From Tubiluchus corallicola (Eukaryota > Animalia > Priapulida): DNA of 64,000 bases. Below the pieces are notes generated by a model, which worked only from the letters and a program-made list of their open reading frames with translations, had not been told where the DNA came from and ran no database searches. This document shows positions 24,985 to 37,953 of the stretch, one piece after another (within the stretch, counting starts at the first letter, position 1; every line of letters starts with the position of its first letter). Position numbers and translations under genes: made by a program. The stretch lies in NCBI GenBank assembly GCA_030141605.1, contig JAQGDQ010000148.1:124001-188000 (forward strand). The letters are read 5' to 3'.

Positions 24985-25871
24985 ACATATCCATACTGGT
25001 TTTACACAGATATCCACGGATGTATCCATATCCATATAAGTGACTTCTATTTCCTAGTGGGATTAAAAATGTAGGAGACCAATGGAATAAACGTACGTAA
25101 TTAGTTAAACCAAAATTCAGTTTTCATCAAACACATAAACGTGTATATACTACAGGACGCAAATGTTGTAGCGAAATACATTGTCAGTTTGAATTGAACG
25201 GTGTTTCCCGTACATTCAGCTAACCCTTAACACAAAATGAAACTCACAACAGTCAAACAAACAGTCACAAAGTTACCATAGCTTACTCAGCCAGTCTTCG
25301 TCTACCTCCTCAATCTCCTATCCATTACATATCGTTATTGTTCAGCCTGTCTGATTGCCTGACAGAGCAGTTGAAGTTGAATATACTAACTGCTAAACTT
25401 AGTCACTTGCATTATTAACTGTACCGTCGTCATATCATTAAGCTTCATTCTATGGCAAATAAAATAGATTGTTATTTAAAATTAATGATCCACCATAACT
25501 CTATTTAAATCACATACAGATATCCATGGACATATATCCACGGTCTAAGTGTGATATCCATATCCAGAGGATATCCATATCCACACTTCAATTTATTTCA
25601 GTCTCAAAAGCGTCCATAAGCTTAGTTGCACACAGGAAGTGATGAAAGATAAATGAGAGTTACTAATTAATAAATTAAAAAAGTGAAAAATGTGTAGATA
25701 GATGAAGCATAACACGGAGGCCTGCACATTTAAGAACGTCTAAGAGAGTTTTGATATATAAGAGTACATATTATATCCCTCCATCTGCTGTAAAGTTTAG
25801 AGGTACGATACACCTCAGACAGCCTGAAGCAACTTAGATATCTTATCAATATCCATATCCAAGCAACCCTG
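24985..25871. mobile_element. Remnant of a hAT-like non-autonomous DNA transposon end with (ATATCC)n subterminal repeats
   Basis: Clusters of atatcc at 24985-25035, 25519-25583 and 25849-25860 end in gcaaccctg (RC CAGGGTTGC, a typical hAT terminus). The other end was not found. Confidence 0.45.
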
Positions 25872-27184
25872 GCATTTAACATTATGATGTGTGTGTGTTA
25901 TTGAGATCGACATGCAAGTTACAAGCACTTTGAGGCAAGCGGGACGCATAAGGCTAATTAAATAGATTGTATACAAGCAAGTAGTTTGGATCCATCCTAT
26001 TGTCGTTGTTTTTGGTACGAGGACAATGGCCGCACGTTGAGATGATGCAATGGTTGAAAAATGAATAGTTATCTAAATTACACTTAAGCAAACGTAATGT
26101 TTCTCAGATTTATCAACAACTCGCAGAAACACGATGAAACACGTATGCGCGCCTGTACGGCTTACAGATTTTCCCTTCCTAACATGCTACTTTAGGGTGT
26201 GCTAGCTACATTTCAGCTACACCAAAGACCGCCTGGATATTATTATTAAAACAATTTTTGTTCATCTTAAAATAATTAAGTAAAATAATGAAAGATAAAC
26301 TCTTAAACACTTGTAACCTTGATTAGATAAGACGTTCAGCGTTCACGGCGTGGTGGCGTTCTAAAAACAAACGGCTTCAAAACCATAGATCCAGCAATAC
26401 AGGTTCTGTTGAGGTCTTCCACCAAGACTGTTCACAAGTCCAGTGTTGTTGAATTGGAAATATATTCACTGTTACGTTCAGTAAATTCCCACTAAAGCTA
26501 ACTCGTTTTATTTTTTATTTTGTATTTTTTCTTTTAACGGCATCCACATGTGTCAGATATCGCTATCAAATTTCTCCGCTTTGAAACTCGTGTTCTCATC
26601 CATCATGCATCAGGTGCAGAAAGCTTATGAAAAAGGAAAGCCGCGAAACCAACTTGATTTACTCTGCACGACTCATTTGAGGCGATGGCTTCAATAATAT
26701 ATGGCTGCAGCAATCTCTTTTAACTCATTTAGATTCTTTGGATTTTCACGTTGGTGCATGCAGTATATGAGTTAGAAAAAAGATTTAAAGAAGAGGTTAA
26801 AATTAACGATAATTGCAACACAAATATATTATCTAAAACAAGAAAGCTGCACAATGTTGTTCCAGCAACGAGCAATAAAAAGTATGTGTCATCGTTGCAT
26901 CGTCACCACTATCACAATCATCATTACCATTACCGGCGGCAGCACCAGAAGAAACAACAACAGCAAACGAACAGTCAGCTCTAACATTTCCGTCATCGTC
27001 TCATCGCCGTAATCGTTTGTTATCGCCATCGTCTTTATTGCAAAACCTTTTAAGTATTTAATTGATTAATTGCACTTATTTGCCTTAACTCAAATGTTAC
27101 AAGAATTTTTAACATCAGTGAGTGTTTAGTTAAAAAGTAAAAAGCAAGAAGAAAGTTTAGCAAATGACTTCCATAAATAATATG

Positions 27185-27725
27185 ACAGCATGAACAAGAC
27201 TCTGGGATACTGCGAAGTTGAGGGCCATGACACTTAGTATCGACATTTAGTAGTTCACAACCCAGTTTTTGTGATGAACATTGAAGTCTCCAAAGGCCTT
27301 GATATTTGCTGAAGGCGACGACGAAGAGCTGCATCAGTACTTTGCGATACTGCATGTAGTACTATGCCAATAAAGACTGGACAGATAGAAATCTGTAGAG
27401 AAAACAAACAGCCATTATTCAGCCATAATGGAACTTAAAACTGTTGTAGCTGATTTTCGAGCCGGTATCTTGCAAGCGATTGATAGAGAATCTAGAGTAG
27501 ATACAAAGATCCAGAAGTAGGAGATCTAGAGTAGAAGAAGAACAATCGAAACGGTGGAAAAGAGTATCCTGATGCTGCGTAAAATTCGACTGAGATTTTG
27601 TCATTCAATAATGTCTCCAAAGGTAATAAAATGCCAACTGACATAGAGCTTTCTGAAACAGAAAATTTTCAACATCAGTAAATTTGGATGGAACACCTTT
27701 GATAATGCTGAAGCTGATGTTATCA
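27185..27725 (-). mobile_element. Decayed CR1-group LINE, APE endonuclease domain (stops and frameshifts)
   Basis: Minus-strand pieces in order: NISFSIIKGVPSKFTDVENFL ... DLCIYSR ... VCFLYR ... VSQSTDAAL/PSANIKAFGDFNVHHKNW ... NFAVSQSL. These match CR1-type ORF2 N-termini (SFTNIRGLRSNF...FLYRSP...PSANVFVFGDFNVHHKDW). Confidence 0.8.
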
Positions 27726-28893
27726 TTTTTCTACTGGGCTGGTTTTCTTTGGCCACATAAGGTTTGCAACTTTCTAATTTGGTTTTTAACAATGCTTAAT
27801 ACACTTGCATGAGGAAAGCATTAGGTGGAATAGGCACTCTTTTCTAGTTAAACCTTGAAGCAACAAGAAGCCGAAAGAAAGTTAACTTGTTTGGATTTGT
27901 ATAACTTGCTACATTTTAGAACTTAGATTTGAACTTTGTTCCTTTTACATTCTTTCTGTTAAGACTTTTACTAGCCAGCTCACTATCTATTTAATTCTAA
28001 AGATTGACGGACAGTATAGAACGATCATTGTGGGTCACAAGATACTGGATTATATTATGCGCAGCTAGTTTGATACTGACATTTAGTTTTCCTGTGTGTA
28101 CAGGGAGCAGGTGGATGTTATAATGTTAGGTTATTATTTTTCTGTTTGCCGAAATAATAATAATCTAAATTATAGGTCGGCTTTGTATGACGTCATTATA
28201 CGTTACGTGACACGACTTGTGAACGGGCATTAGGCTCATTAGTAGCGGCTCTGCAGGTAAACAACAAAAATAATGATGTAGAGAAATATAATACAGCTGC
28301 AAACGACTTAAAAGAGAAACTCGTGTATCTGCTGTTGTTTACTTTAGTAATGATGTTGTTTTTCTTCGATAAAAGTCAAGTTCTCCCCCTATTCTTTCTC
28401 GGCATCTCTGTCTCTCTCCCTCATGTGCGTGTGTTTTACACAAATATACTAATTTTTTGTTCGATATTTATACTACTAACAAATTTTTAAAATCTCAAAC
28501 ATTTTTACAAATATTAGGGTAGCAAATGTTAAAGGTTTATTGTTTGATACATAGCAATGAGTGGCACGCGGATGTAATATCCAACCATGTGTATATTTGC
28601 GTAGGTACATCACGTTTGCACTCTTCTAAATACTATATGCGAAGGTTGATGATAATGGCAGTGCTAACAGTCATTAAGACCACTATAAACTGATCTATAA
28701 TGACGCCATTGGGCATCAGGAATTATTTCAGGAAACGTCATTTGACACGCGCTAAATCATGAGGTCGATGAGTACCGAGGAAAGCCTATAAGAGCTGACA
28801 ACTGAAAATTGCGACGAGGAAACGCAAGTTATTTATAATGGCGACAAGCGAGTTTAGTACCACTCCCGCTACTGAGTAAGCAAGGCTGAATAT

Positions 28894-28962
28894 AGGTAAT
28901 AATAGCGCAGGTATTAATGCCATAGGTAACAATGGCGCAGTAACTATGGCACCGGAAAAAAG
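28894..28962. repeat. ~15-bp tandem array (ggtaataatggcaca-like), probably a MITE terminus
   Basis: ggtaataatagcgca ggtattaatgccata ggtaacaatggcgca gtaactatggcacc. Confidence 0.55.
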
Positions 28963-30416
28963 GAAAGCTTCAAATCAACTCATATTTTGTTAAAGTGTGC
29001 ACTTTTTCTTGTGGAATCAACTGATTGCAAGTTTTTCCCACACGTTTCTCGTCGTTTACTTAAAGTTCCAAATATTATGGTGAGATGACCGTATATTTGT
29101 TTCGATTTTTGTATGTTATATTTTTATTACTTGAAAAACAGGGCCTTTTTGTAAACGAGCTATTTTTAGAACGAAAATTCCTATATAAATGCTTTTTAAG
29201 TAAAATAAACAAACAAATAACTTATATTGAAAATACTGGAACCTTTCCTGTGGCTGTGCGGTTAACTTGTAAAATTCTCAACTGCAGTTGTGCCGTAAAT
29301 GTTTGAAAACTAATGGATCCTCGTTTTTTTACACTCGTAAAATAGTCCGTTTGCTCCGGATTCCATACACATCAACGATTCTATTAGTTTATTTCAGGTA
29401 GATTTATAGCATCGGGAAAGAGAAAATAAATTGTGCCTCCTGAATGGGAGCTATATAAATCCGACTATTTGCAAACCTACGAGTGCGAAGATAACAAAAT
29501 TAACAGAGATCCTAAACTGAGCTGGACAAAAGAAAGTAATCTAACCGCTGCCTCTGAGTGGAAGATTGCTTTACCTTCTGAGCAACAAAAATCGAATAAA
29601 AATCCACGTTTAAACCGCTTTTTTCAAAATGGTTGTTGAACTCCGCGATCTTAGTTGCTTACCTGCCTGTTTGTTTGAGGAAATTCGGTGAATGAATGTT
29701 CATCTAATTTCCAGTAAGTTCAGTTCGCGAATGTAGCTTCCTTTGTCCTAGCTGTAATATAGTCAGTAGGTCTACCGGTTGGCCAGTAGGTTAGTTTATT
29801 GATGTACTGGGTTGATTGGACTGACTTGATGCTTTTTAGTGGCGATATCTATTAAGCGACTATAAGTAATTGTTTGCAGGTCAAGAAACATCTTGCTGAA
29901 CCAGTTAGTTCTTCGGCAACTCGCGGTGTTGATCTGTCGATCTGTTGGTGAAGGACACGAAATATAGATGATATGTTGACGTCGCGAAGCCACTTCGCTC
30001 AAGCGTAATAACTATCTGAATTACTGTAATAGTTAGTTCTGAATGACGTCTCCATTACTGGCAGCTCATCAGGGACAGATTCTTAACAATCATAATCTAA
30101 TGGAGCATTATAATAAAGGCTAATGTAATGCACTGCATCGTGTTTGTGCAATAGTTATGATATCCTTATGGAACTGGCGCACAAAGGTGCGAATTCGAAC
30201 AGCCAAGCAGCTACGTTGTGTGAATGATTATTAAGTGTATTCACATTAATATGGTTTACTAAAACAACGATTTACTCACACATGTCTTTTTATTTGCTGA
30301 GATGTTTGAACAGGCAGGAGAACAGGGAGAAGAGAGAAAGGAAAAAGACGAATTTTTAACTCGCATTTCGCGAGGACTTGTCACGAAAATGAAACATGCA
30401 GTATTTCTACCAATCA

Positions 30417-30584
30417 GAGGACGCATAGTTTCTAACTGGCGGCAAAATTCCTTAAGAAAAATTCCTCATAAGGCACCTTATGTGAAAGGCACCATAGAAA
30501 GCAATATGATCCATTTTCGTGAGGAATGCTACAAGGAATTTTTCCTTAAGGAGTTTTGCCGCGCGTCCTCAGTATGAAATGGGC
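30417..30584. mobile_element. MITE-like inverted-repeat element
   Basis: gcggcaaaattccttaagaaaaattcct (30439-) pairs with aggaatttttccttaaggagttttgccgc (-30562). An outer gaggacgc/gcgtcctc pair flanks them. Confidence 0.6.
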
Positions 30585-33500
30585 AGTATATCAGACAGAG
30601 CCATAATTTCAATATATCCTGCTCTATACTGGCATTCGCTACAACTCTCTTGGCGACCGTATTAATGGAAATTTATTGGCTAACGTAAGCTTAATGTAAG
30701 AGCAAGGTTTTACATAAGGTTGTAGAAGGATAATGGGTAGTAAATGTGTTAACTACGTAGGTGGAGACTGCATTATGGAAACGATAACATTTGATCATTG
30801 ACATCCTCTTTGCTGACGCAGTACAACGAACGAGCTATGTTGAGAATAAGTAGAAATTTAGAAATTGATGTTTGGATATTAATGAAGTAATAAAATAGAT
30901 ACTGGCGCAGAACGTGTGGTGGTTGTTGGTTATATATTACGCAGTGTGCTGCTATCTATAAAATTATGAAGGGCAGTAACTTGCACTGTTCTTCTGCATT
31001 AGATTGTAAGAAACATTATTAATTACTAAATTTCGCACTAAAACTTGCTTGTCCTTAAATTTGATTAATTATGCCAATGTAACAAATACATTGAAACCGG
31101 AAATGTATCAGTCATGGTTTAAATTGCATCACGCAAAAACTCATTAAGCAATCCCCGGAGCCGCGTATTCGAAACCTCAACGACATTTTGCCTGCATATT
31201 TTCCTTGTAAACATGATTGTAAGATAAGTCCTTACAATCGTACATTAATTAGCTATAATTAATATACTTCAGTCATCGATATGTGACTAACTCTTGCATA
31301 AAATTTCGTTATGTAATACCATAATTTTGCCATAAAGGTAGTAAGGTCATATTTTACTTTTGTTGCAATAAATTTGTTACAAGATCTTAATTTCAATGAA
31401 AACACATTTAAATCTTATAATCTTGCCGAAAAATGAAAATGCAAGCAAGTCGATATTGATTCTGTTAGATTTGAATTAGTGACCTATGGATAGCAAGCCC
31501 AACACAACATCATTGTGATCAAGGGAGATTCAATTCACTCCCAGTAGCTCACTACTATAACCAAAATTCATTGATTCGAACTCCAGTTTCGATTTTTCGC
31601 TCTTTTCTTGTTTTCGCCACGTTCGGTTTCTAAATTTGGTATTATTGTCAATTCAGTCCATCATGAAGCAAGCTACTCGGCGTCACTCACGTGACCTTTG
31701 TCTGAAAATAAATTACACGCAAATGTTAGAATCCTATTACCGGCTGACATAATTAATAATGAAAAAGAGTTCACCTTAATCTCCTCTGACTTCCTGATTA
31801 GATATGCAATTAGACATCTCCTTTCTTATAATATCTTCAATTTCAATCAACTTAATTGCTTTATGAAGCATGAAGCCATTAATTAACTCGCTCGATATGA
31901 CTGAGGCCTTTTATGGATCTATTACAGGAGAAGCCTTATTAATGCATTTAACCGGTCGATTAATTTTGAAGATTAGTCGCATAAATTTTGGTGAAGTAGC
32001 CTAGATTGGTGTCACAACGCTATATATATGCTTTGTCTTGCTTAGGAAATTTATGTATACTCACTGGATGCACTATATATTTTACACTATATACACATTT
32101 CTTGGAATATTCAAAAGAAAAAATTCAAAATAAAAGTTAGACAACGAAATTTGTCCCGAGTTCTATCTCGACCCGCATTCGGATCAACTGCAGACGCTTC
32201 ATTAAAAGAAAGGGTGTGCCACCAATTTCAATTTATTTTTTCAATCGTTTGTTTATTCGTTCGCTCATTCATCAATTAGCCACTCATTCAATCGTTGCTT
32301 TCTTCAGTTTGCTTATTCCTGTTGTTCACTCGTTCGTTTTTATTCGTTTAGGTACATCAGCGCAGTTTAGTATGATACACATCAAAATTTCGAAAATAAT
32401 AGTTGTTAATTATCTAAATCGGCGCAAGTTGCGATGATTTATGGAGGTCATAAGGACTTTATTAAACTAATCTTCCAAATTAGGTAGTAAAAGCAAAGTC
32501 TATTCTCCCATTTCAATTATTCGTGCAGCTTGCCTTGACAAAGATTATTGACTTAACAAATACCACAGATTATACCTTTTCATTTGGCTTTTTGATAATT
32601 TATTAGCGTATTTAAATTCGCAAAATAGTACAGTCTTTATAGAAATCGATAGTACGTTCAGCAGTTTAATAGGGGATGTACAGAACATATCATGAGTGGC
32701 AATGGATGCACGCTTATTAACCAAAGTTAAGCAATGCCGAATCTGATAAGCAAGTAGATGGATTCGACGGTCGTCTTCGAAATAGGATCCATATAAGCCT
32801 TCTAACCAGATAGGGAATTTCAAGCAATTTTTGTAGAGTAGGACAAACGGATAACAACACATGTGAATGCAGTAACGAATTTCAAATGTCGAACAATAGA
32901 TACTTGATAAATAGATGCAATAAAGTAGACACTAATCGACGAAACATCTGTTAAATAAATTACGGGAAGAAAACGTTACCAATGCATCTCTAAAAAGAAG
33001 ATGCATTATTTAAAGCTTTTGTCAACTTTGTAAATGATAATTGTATCTTAACAGCTTGCAAAATGGTAGAAAAAGCTCAAATTTGTAGCTTAAACTTCGT
33101 AAATTTCAGCATAACCGTAGCAAACAAAATTTATATGGCTTAATACAACATTTAGAGAAGGGCTTTGTACGTACTATAATTTTAACTAAATAAAATATAT
33201 GTATAAATTGTAGAAAATTAAATTTTATGTAGTGCTGCTTATTAACTTCAGTAAATTAATCAGAGTCTATGTTATACTCGGAGATAATTATTATAATTAT
33301 TTGAGTAAATATTTTGCTCCCACTTTTAAAATATTAAGGCTTGTCAATTGTTAATTGCGTTTAATTGCGTGGCTTTGTTGTGTAATTAACTATAATGCGC
33401 ATAGATGTCTTACATGTATAACTGAATATTGTGCATACAAGTAGAGAGTTATGATCAGTTATCATCAACGTCATTACCGTTATGAACTGCCACTGTTCAT

Positions 33501-34081
33501 TAACTAATATTTATTGAGATTGTTGAACATTAGTAAACATTAGTTGATGCCCAATAAAACTCACATTAGCGTATGGCGATTTATCTTCCAAGAAAGCAGA
33601 CAATGATGAAGTAAAAAATCTTCCGTATGCTATTCATTAAACAAGCTAAGCAAGCAAATACACAATTGATCGAATTGCTACGATTTATCGTGTACTCATA
33701 TTTTAATCAACAATGTCGATATTTGCAAGAAGAGGCCTTGTTTAAAAAGAAGCAACTTTACTGCAGTATAATATTTCATTGCTTTAGTTACAAATACATG
33801 TTATTCGTTTTAGAGAGTATGTGAATTATTAAAGATAGGTTGTTGTAAACCGGTTCGGAATACGGAACGGGTAATTTTTTCGTTTCTTTAAACTATAAAC
33901 ATTGTGATTCTTTTATAAGTACGGTAAAATATGGTAATCCTTTTTCCATAAAATATCACCAAGTAAATCTTCCATTTCATTTCTGAATAAACGAATTTTA
34001 TATGGCAAAAAAGTAGCTTACATGCAAAACTATAAATGTTTAGTTCGAATAGGCCCAACAAACAAATCTCCCTTGACTCGT

Positions 34082-34542
34082 TGTAACGATGTAGTCTAAA
34101 TGGGTGGTCCGGACTTAAGTGTAACCCATAGGTAAAGAATAAAACACTTAGACGAAAACACTGGGAAAAACTACAGAATTAATATAACAATATAACAATT
34201 TAACGAGCATCTGGAATGCATTTCAAAGAAAATATTAATAACAGAGAATAAGTCTGCTAAGATAAAAAACCAACATAACGTTTTTTCACCAGTCCTGTGT
34301 CGACATCACCAAGCGACTTTCCCCTGCCTCCATCGCCGCCTCCATCAACGTCATCTCTGTGGCTCCTCACCAGCAGGATTCGACGAGAAATGGTGCACCA
34401 TAGAACGGTTGGCTACTTGACTTCTTTCAGTATCTGAATACGTGAACGACGTCACTAAACTTTGACGACTCCTGATGACGTCCTCGCCTCTACCTATTTG
34501 ACTCTAAAACAGGGTATCATTCGCCCTCCTGTAGTCGTTACA
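34082..34542. mobile_element. Possible solo LTR (461 bp)
   Basis: Starts TGTAACGA and ends TCGTTACA (8-bp perfect inverted termini, TG...CA), with a GC-richer interior. No clean target-site duplication. Confidence 0.4.
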
Positions 34543-35102
34543 ATGTAAGGATCACCAATTTCGCAACCACAGCATGGAAGCACAGCGGCAGTGCGTATCA
34601 TCAACGTCAGGTATGTACAGGTAAATATCATCAGCAATAGGTATCATCGACTGCTGGTATGTATCATCAGTGTCAGGTAAATATCATCAACGACTATCAC
34701 CTATGACAGCCATGCTGAGAGATTTCTCGTCTGCAAGCGAACGCTATAACTACTAGACCATCATTTTATGACATGGGAGCGTCCGCACCACTCGACAGCT
34801 TAGAGTGGAATACCTGAGCGATCTCAACTGCCAGAAATTTTGTTTACGTGGCTTCAATCACATAATATAGTAATGCATAAAACGGTGACATGGAACATAC
34901 ACGCAAAATCTGGTTTCAAAACAGGTTAGCCTCTAGCGTTACATCAAAAACAGTTTAACTACATTTTTTATGAAAATTATTAATGGTGGAACTATAACAG
35001 TTAGGAACTAGTTACATAACCCTGCCTATAATAAGCCTGAGCGTCATCTTTTTATGCTATCATTATATTTCACGTAGTATTTGCTACTGAAGTGACCAAT
35101 GT

Positions 35103-35264
35103 ATCATAAAACGCACCTTGGGAAATAGCATTCATTCTATAAAGAGCAGAAGAGGTATATTTATTCTATAAATAGCAGAAGAGGTTATACAACATTGTAA
35201 ATGTTGTATAACCTCTTTTGCTCTTTATTGAATGAATGCTATTTCCCAAGGTGTGTTTTATGAT
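35103..35264. repeat. Near-perfect long palindrome/hairpin (about 65-bp stem, 3-nt loop)
   Basis: atcataaaacgcaccttgggaaatagcattcattctataaagagcagaagagg[~29-nt duplication]ttatacaacatt-gta-aatgttgtataacctcttttgctctttattgaatgaatgctatttcccaaggtgtgttttatgat. Confidence 0.9.
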
Positions 35265-37198
35265 TCAGATGCATTTTAGTTACTGCAACCATAATGTCAG
35301 TTAATAGACTTCGACATTATAACCGGCTTTTTAGCACTTAGGAAAGCCTCGCGTACCTTCGCCATTTTGTACCCAAGTGGCGCTGAGGGTTAGGTTTCAC
35401 ATTGATAAGCTCTGGTTCGCGTTTTGCTTGTAATTTCGTGACTTCTTATACATGGCTTGAAACAATACGCATAAGCCCGTCCAGAATATGCATATACACC
35501 AATTGCTTTGTTCGTTCGCGGCTTTTTCTGTTTTTCATCAAACTAGTATCCTTATTCAAATGATACATTATACCAAAATTAATGAAAATCGACATAACAG
35601 TTCAAAACATTTTTACTTAAAGAACAAAGAACAACAGCCTTCACTCAGGTATTGTTTTCTACAGTCAAGCCAAATTCGACTTTAATAGATCTATTTCAAG
35701 TTTAGTAAAAACAGTATGACACCTGGTGCACCGTCAAAATTTTGCTTACCTTTGCAATCGTCGTAGAACTTATTATTATTTTTTACACCTACAGGTGTGC
35801 GCTCTTGAAAATTGCTAAGCTTTGTCGTTTATGGTTGTTATGCAGTGCAACGTTAATTGATGGTTTGTCGTGAAGCTAGCCATTTCATGACAGGCAATAC
35901 ATTTCCTATGTTTTGTGTTGCAATCCATAAAATGTGCACGCTATATACTGACATTTTTTTCATAGTATCGAACTTTATTTTCATGGTGCTTAGTCTTCAC
36001 ATGTTAAAGCAAGTTTTCCAATATATCGTGGCGCATTGTTAAAGGGCATTGTATTTTTCTAGTATTCCGCGATGTATTGTATCCTATACACATGAACTGC
36101 ATTAAAACTGACATGACGCTTTGTATCCTACCGTGTTAAAGCTTCCTGTAATTGCCCTATTACTACTGGCTTCAGTAGTGTTAAAAGTTTTAACGAGCCT
36201 GCTGTGGCATCATGTCCTTAAAGGGAAGCCATGCAGAGCAGGTTTTCCTTTTGTTTTAGAGGCGATATTTACTGCACTGATTTACGGCTTTGCAGTAACT
36301 CTTTATAAAGTTTATATTTTGTAGAAAGATTTACAGGGTATAAGTGGTTAGAGGTTTCTGCACTGAAAGGTATTGAACTTCAAACATAAAAGCGACGCTT
36401 AAGTTTCATGTTATGAATAACGATGAATATAAGTAGGTCTACTATAACATTAATCAATCTAACACAATTGAAATAATAAAATAATGTAGGATGCTCTTTG
36501 TCGAATTTTAATTAACTATAAGAGTGCAAGTTCTATGGAATTTCTTGATTTGACTTACTTAATTTGTATGAATTAACTAATTAAACCGACCAACTACTGT
36601 AGTTGTTATATTATGCAGCTGTGAATTGCTTTTGCTATCTAACTTAATATTTACACGTCATTTTTACCATCTATCATACAGTTTACAAATAACAGAAAAG
36701 CACTTGATAATGATGTGAAATAAAACTAGTAAACAATCTTATTGACATTTGGTTGTATTTTCTACATGTTCTATATGGAAAAAGCTTTATTCTACATAAA
36801 GTGAGGTGTTAAATGGATGGAAAACTTCGAGTGATCGGCTTTACCAAATGGTACAAAACTATTAAAATACCTTCCACAGATGCTTATAACGAATTCGAGT
36901 TGATAATAAACACAAAATATATACTTTGAGTCATATGGTAAATCCAAAGGAAAGATTAATAAGAGTTCAACAAAAAGTAAGTTACTAACTTCAAAGACAG
37001 TTTAACATACTCCCTCCCCATACAACCATTTTGAAGTTAACACACAAAAAGCAATGTACAATACTAGTAAATATTTGAGATACGTGCAAGCCAAAATGTA
37101 AGTGTCTCCAAAAGAAAGTAATTTTAGAACCTTCATGAAAAGAGTAAACATTCTAATTCAACTCTTTTTATTTTTTCAGCAATGTGAACAGTAAGAAG

Positions 37199-37390
37199 AT
37201 GCCGATATCTATAACAGCGTTAGGGATCTTGTTGGGACTGTGCTGCTCCCTAGTGTTGGTTACTGGGCTTCTCATCGCCCGGTACCTTCACATACGGAGC
37301 AGACGCAAACAGGTCAATCTGGATCAGCATTACTCGGCCATAGGAGCTGTTAAAGTGATACCCAAGTTGAAGCTTGAATCCTCTGCGCAG
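37199..37390 (+). CDS. Syt: Synaptotagmin (Syt-beta-like) coding exon 1: N-terminal transmembrane segment
   Basis: Acceptor ttttttcag at 37179. MPISITALGILLGLCCSLVLVTGLLIARYLHIRSRRKQ...SAQ|gtacaa, phase 0: a single TM with Cys pair followed by basic residues. Confidence 0.8.
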
Positions 37391-37953
37391 GTACAATATG
37401 TTTAATTTGCTTTGAAATGTTGGCATGCTTTCAGTTTTTATGCAGCCAGACGTGTCATGAAACCAATACACTCAAATAATCCAAGCCATAAAAATGTAAA
37501 TGTGAGTGTACATTAGCAGAGCACTAGAAGAGAATAAAATAAAATAAAACAACATAGAAAATAAATGTATTTTCTGTTGGATACATAAAAATGTCTAAAA
37601 CAAAGTTATTTCCATTGTCGTCCACGTTAAAAGAAAACAAAATTGATTAAGATTTAAGCTAGTAAAAACAAGAGCAAAAGTCAGCGGATAACTTTGTGCA
37701 AAAGTTTCAAAACTTTCAAAACTTACACCAGTAATATTTAATATTATAGAGTACAAATAAATAACCATAAATGATATAACTGTAATAATTTTATAAGTGT
37801 GTTTTAGCCTGTGAAGCTGTGAAGAATGATGAGCCTGTGAAGTTATTTTTATAATCCACAATCAGGGTTAGATTAATTTTTTAAGTATTTGAAAACATTA
37901 TTTATAAGGTTATTGTACCATCCAAGTATATTTGATGAAGGTTTGCTTTGCAG

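Noticed and set aside
29391-35800. AG|GT junctions at 29397, 32351 and 35794 as recursive-splicing ratchet points in the long Syt intron
   Set aside because: The regenerated donors (GTAGAT, GTACAT, GTGTGC) are far from GTRAGT, and such sites are expected by chance.
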